NCBI GenBank assembly: GCA_030265395.1
Contig: JARFYF010000017.1
Coordinates: 26,624,061-26,687,952, forward strand
Direction of reading: 5' to 3'
Origin: Rhina ancylostomus
Taxonomy: Eukaryota
Length of the DNA stretch: 63,892 nt
Position 1 is the stretch's first letter, and every line of letters begins with the position of its first letter. Below the pieces are notes generated by a model. The model did not search any database, was not told where the DNA came from, and saw only the letters and a program-made list of their open reading frames with translations. Of this stretch, positions 59,636 through 63,892 are shown in pieces. Both the position numbers and the translations under genes were made by a program.

Positions 59636-62600
59636 GTGATTAGATTTCATAACCTTGTTAATTTTGTAATGCAAAGACAACCCCAAGGCAATTCTCAATG
59701 ACAGCTGAAAAGGGAGATATTAACAATACACAGACAGTAAAGGAGTATTAAATCAGCCCCCTTCACTCCTTCAAATTCTTTTGACTTGCAAGAAAACTCA
59801 GTTGATACATTGGAGGAAACAGGAACCAAATCCAAACAAATGGCTTCCTTTTTTTTATTGCTCTCTGGGTTTCTCTCTGCGGTTGAAACCTCAAAGAATT
59901 TACAGTGATTATTAATATGGATCAGTCAACCAGATGGAGTTTATTGCCATGAGTGTGATGAGCCCTTTCAAATTTCAGAGGGAGCTGAAAAATGAGTCAT
60001 ATTCGCTATAATCAGTTCTTGTGGAGAAAGGGATAAATTAGATTTCTGACCCTTTGTACTCCCTCAGAAGATATGCTGAAATGGATTTACTTGTATTATA
60101 TTGCCTGATGGGAATCTGGCTAATTTTTTTTTGTTCCAGTACTTTGAGGGAACTGTGAGTAATTGCTGTGATCAGGCATTGACTTAACCATGGTTAATGG
60201 GGTGTATATTTCATAAACCCATAAACAAAGAATTGCACAGGGTGCCCATGCCAGGTTGTCTCTGTGCTGAAACACCAGTTCTGATCCAGAAAATCTAGAG
60301 GAGGATTTTAATTACAGAAATTGAGACATAGGCTGTTGAGTAAGCACGTAGAGGTGCTCTGGACATTTGCTGTCCTAACTAAAGCTCGAGCGGGCTGTCA
60401 AAAAGTCCATTCCAGTTTGGCATTTTCATGGAGCCTGGATTCCTTCCTTTTCCTGGGAAGTGGTGGTCAACCCCAAATCAACACTTGTGGAGCCAATGAT
60501 GATGTGGTCATAGAAGATAAATGTCTTAGCCACCCAAAGTTTTAGTGCTGAAATGAGAGTTCAGATGACACCTACCCAGGGTCAGTTGGAGCTGGCCACG
60601 TTCAGTCCACTGTGTCATGCATCTGGAGTTCATTGTTACCAGGAACCTTGAGGATGTCATAGGACTCCAGCAAGTTGCTAAGCCAACTGCTGTCTTGCTT
60701 TGGGGAAGGATCAATGGGTTTGTGGAGTTCAGGATGAGAATATTCTTGTTCTCTTCACTACATCTCCAACAATGACCTTGCATTTAGGTGCCGCCCAGGC
60801 AGGTGCATCATGCTCATAGCAGTAGGCAATCATTTTGCACCATATATACTATAAGGTCATGATTATGCATTGTGATCATTTTATAATCAACATCCATGGA
60901 ATACGCCTGGAAGTTCAGCCCCGGAGAAAATAAAGGTAGCGACCACACATTGTACTATATTTGCAAAATTCAATTTCATCCACTTCAGTATAACTTCAGT
61001 GGCAGAGTCCAACACACAGATGCTAATATTTAGCAACTTTAACACAACTGAGCAAGGATGATTTTCTATTCAGTAGTACTTAATAGGATTGCACAAAGTT
61101 ACAGTCCAAAAGTAGCTATTGCTTTGGTTCTCAGCANNNNNNNNNNNNNNNNNNNNNNNNNNNNNNNNNNNNNNNNNNNNNNNNNNNNNNNNNNNNNNNN
61201 NNNNNNNNNNNNNNNNNNNNNNNNNNNNNNNNNNNNATTGCTTTGGTTCTCAGCAAAGGAATGTCTTTAAATTTCTTCTTCACCTGGTGAAGCAATGTCA
61301 AATAAAAGAAAAATATTACATTTAGCAAGGGCTGAATTCTAGGATTTTCAGACAACCTCAGGAGAGGTTTCTGTATTAGTCCATCTTAGTCTTTCTCATC
61401 TTCTTACAGTGTGCCAGCGCAAACTCACCTTTCCCAAAGCCATCTGTCCTCTGTACCAGCCCAATTTCACCTTGATGCTATTCATCCTCTGTGTATTCTC
61501 TGGTCTTCCCAAAATACAGTTCACTACATCTGCTTGAATGTATTGTTGTTCAATTTCTCCCAACAGCCTACAGTGAATCATTACAGAAGGTATTTGTGAG
61601 AAATAACCATATAATAGCAAAATAGAAACTGAGGAAGATGTTGCCAAGATTGAGCACAGCTCATGGTTCAGGGAAATGAAAATATATTTACATCTATTCT
61701 TGAAGCTGGCTGTGTGACAAGTCAGCAAAAAAAGGAACACAACATATTGTAGGAGAACAAGGAATGTGTCCTTCAACTTTAAACTTATCATAGTGACTTT
61801 AGAATGACTAAATACCCTTTTGTAATGACCATGAGCCTACAGAAGATACTAGATGGTAACACACATCAAGAATAAGAACACTTATGCCACAGAACCTGCT
61901 TAATTTTCGATGTGAATACATGAGAATCAATGGTACTCATGTGGCACCACCAGGGAGAGGAAGATTGAGTTTGAAGGAATAGAGAGATTCATGACAGAAA
62001 AAGCCAGGTTAGATTGAAAATGGTAGAGAGCAAGAATCTATGACAGTCATGCCATAAAAGACAGGAAAAGTAAGGGAAGAAGAAGTCTTCTGAATCTTCA
62101 TGGACTGGTTCTTCTGAAGTTAACAGTGATTACGTCCCTTTGCTCATGACTGAAAAATCCAGTTAATCTGAAACCAAGGTGAAGGATGAAGAGAGAATGA
62201 GTGGACATGTACATGTCAAAAGATTCAAGATTGGAAAAAGACGTAAAACAGAAGGGGGGGGCAGAAAGGAAAAGAGATTTATCATTTTGTTATTTAAATG
62301 TTATTAACAGTTGTTCTGCATTTATTTAATTATATTAAATTACAAAATGATATTTAACACATCAATAAATACACCATATGCGTATGATAATGCTTTCAAA
62401 TTTATATTTAAAACAATGTTTTGGTGCAGCAGTTACATGGTACATTTTAATTCTGATAATATTCATTTGAATTATGAATATGGAACACAGTTTCTATACC
62501 TGTAATGATATTAATAACATACAAGAATCAGTTAAAAATGGAATGTTATTAACCAATACAAATACATTGTACAATGCAACTATAAATAATGAATTACATG

Positions 62601-62854
62601 TGCAATAAATTACAATCAGTGCAACATTCAGATACAATCAAAATCAAGAACAATTCAAGCAGTCCCTCACATCGATCCAGCATTGTTTATTTGAGAGACA
62701 CTCACAGTGTAAGGATAGATTGAGAAAGCTCAAAACTCACTAATGTGGTCAGCTTTGCCATCACAATCACCTGTTCGTAAGAAGCAAAATAAGAGGTACT
62801 TCTGCATATTGAACTTCACTCAATGAAAGACATTAAACATATAAAAAAGAAAGA

Positions 62855-63170
62855 AGGAATCGGCATTTATTTAGCACCTCACACCTCCTCAGGATGTCCC
62901 AAAGTGATTCCTAGCCAATGAAGCACTGCTGAAATGTTGCTCGTAGGCAAATATAGCAACTGACAGATGCACAAAAGTTCCCACAAATTAGAAGTAAGTA
63001 AATAATTAATTCATTCTGATAAATTGGTTGAGGAACAAATGTTAGGCAGAGCATTGGAAGGAACGTCCTGACTTTTCTTCAATTGTACCAAGTGTTCTTT
63101 TATATTTACCTCACTAATTGGAGAGAGTTTCATTTGATTTCTCTTCTGAGAGATGGCTCCATGATAATGC
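62855..63170 (-). mobile_element. Deu-domain SINE (SacSINE1-like)
   Basis: GCATTTATTTAGCACC...CCTCAGGATGTCCCAAAG...AGCCAATGAAG...TCCCACAAA. Confidence 0.7.
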
Positions 63171-63199
63171 GATAGGGCCCATAGCCTCAGCAGTTTGGA

Positions 63200-63892
63200 A
63201 GGAGAACTGATATCACAGAAATATATGAAAACATAAGGGTGTTTGACAGGATAGATGCTATGAGAACATTTCTCCTGGTGAAGGACTCTAGGCTACAATC
63301 TCAGGACAAGTGATCAGTCACTGAGATGTGAATCTTTGGAATTCTCCACCTCAGAGAGCTGGGAAAACTGAGTCAGTAAGCTTATCAGTGCCAAGATAGT
63401 TGTTTTGTCTACAGGGGAAGAAGGGGCTGGTAACTGGTTTATTATTGTCACATGTACTGTGATACAGTGAAAAGCTGTTTTGCATGCCATCCATACAGAT
63501 CATTTCAAACACAAGTACATCGAAGTAGTATAAAGAGAAAAGCAATAACAGAATGCAGAATATAGTGTTACAGTTATAGAGAAAGTGCAGTGCAGGCAGA
63601 CAAATAAGGTGCAAGGGCCATGACAAGGTAGATTGAGAGGTCAAGAGTTTATCTTTATTGTACAAGAGGTCTGTTCAAGAGCCTTTTAACAGTGGGATAG
63701 AAGCTGTCCTTGAACCTGGTGGTTTATGTTTTCAAGCTTTAGTATCTTCTGCCTAATGGAAATAGGAAGGAAAGAGAATAAGAGGGTGGGAGGGGCCTTT
63801 GATTATGTTGGCTGCTTTCTCGAGGCAGTGGGAAGTGTAGACAGAATTATAGGTGGGGGATGGGGCAGGAATGTGGAGTGGAGGCCAAAGAT
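63200..63892 (+). mobile_element. CR1 3' fragment split by a Rex1/Babar insertion
   Basis: TTTGACAGGATAGATGC...TGTGAATCTTTGGAATTCTCCACCTCAGAGAGCTG, resuming at ~63845 with GGCAGGAATGTGGAGTGGAGGCCAAAGAT. Confidence 0.7.
63430..63845 (-). mobile_element. Rex1/Babar LINE 3' end
   Basis: Minus strand CLEKAANIIKGPSHP...TTRFKDSFYPTVKRLLN; 3' UTR ending GTGACAATAATAAACCAG. Confidence 0.85.

Noticed and set aside
61118-61255. ATTGCTTTGGTTCTCAGCA repeated on both sides of a 100-N gap
   Set aside because: Typical unmerged contig overlap, so an assembly artefact.
1-63892. CRISPR arrays, operons, rRNA or other prokaryote-type systems, and the remaining 60-140 aa ORFs
   Set aside because: The window is vertebrate intron and intergenic DNA. 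No regularly spaced repeat-spacer array was seen, and the short ORFs have no recognisable domains.

Overview
Vertebrate genomic DNA. The repeat set (CR1 LINEs, V-domain and Deu-domain SINEs, Rex1/Babar, RTE, Penelope-like elements) points to a cartilaginous fish, probably a ray; this is an inference. The only real gene is the large terminal coding exon of the teashirt zinc-finger homeobox gene TSHZ3 (+ strand, splice acceptor at 27120/27121, stop at 30336-30338), followed by its 3' UTR. Exon 1 was not found, so 1-27120 is read as intron 1. Sequence beyond ~33 kb is gene-desert-like, with decayed TEs and CNE-like blocks. The most unusual observations are: two locally templated inverted insertions (41.4 kb copied from 42.9-43.1 kb, and 58.4 kb copied from 57.1 kb); antisense CR1 tails nested at equivalent positions in sense CR1s, making long intronic hairpins; Penelope-type repeats carrying decayed hammerhead-ribozyme cores; and a CNE-like block bracketed by terminal inverted repeats at 40.1-40.4 kb. 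TE family names and conservation statements come from recognition, not database searches, and TE boundaries are approximate.
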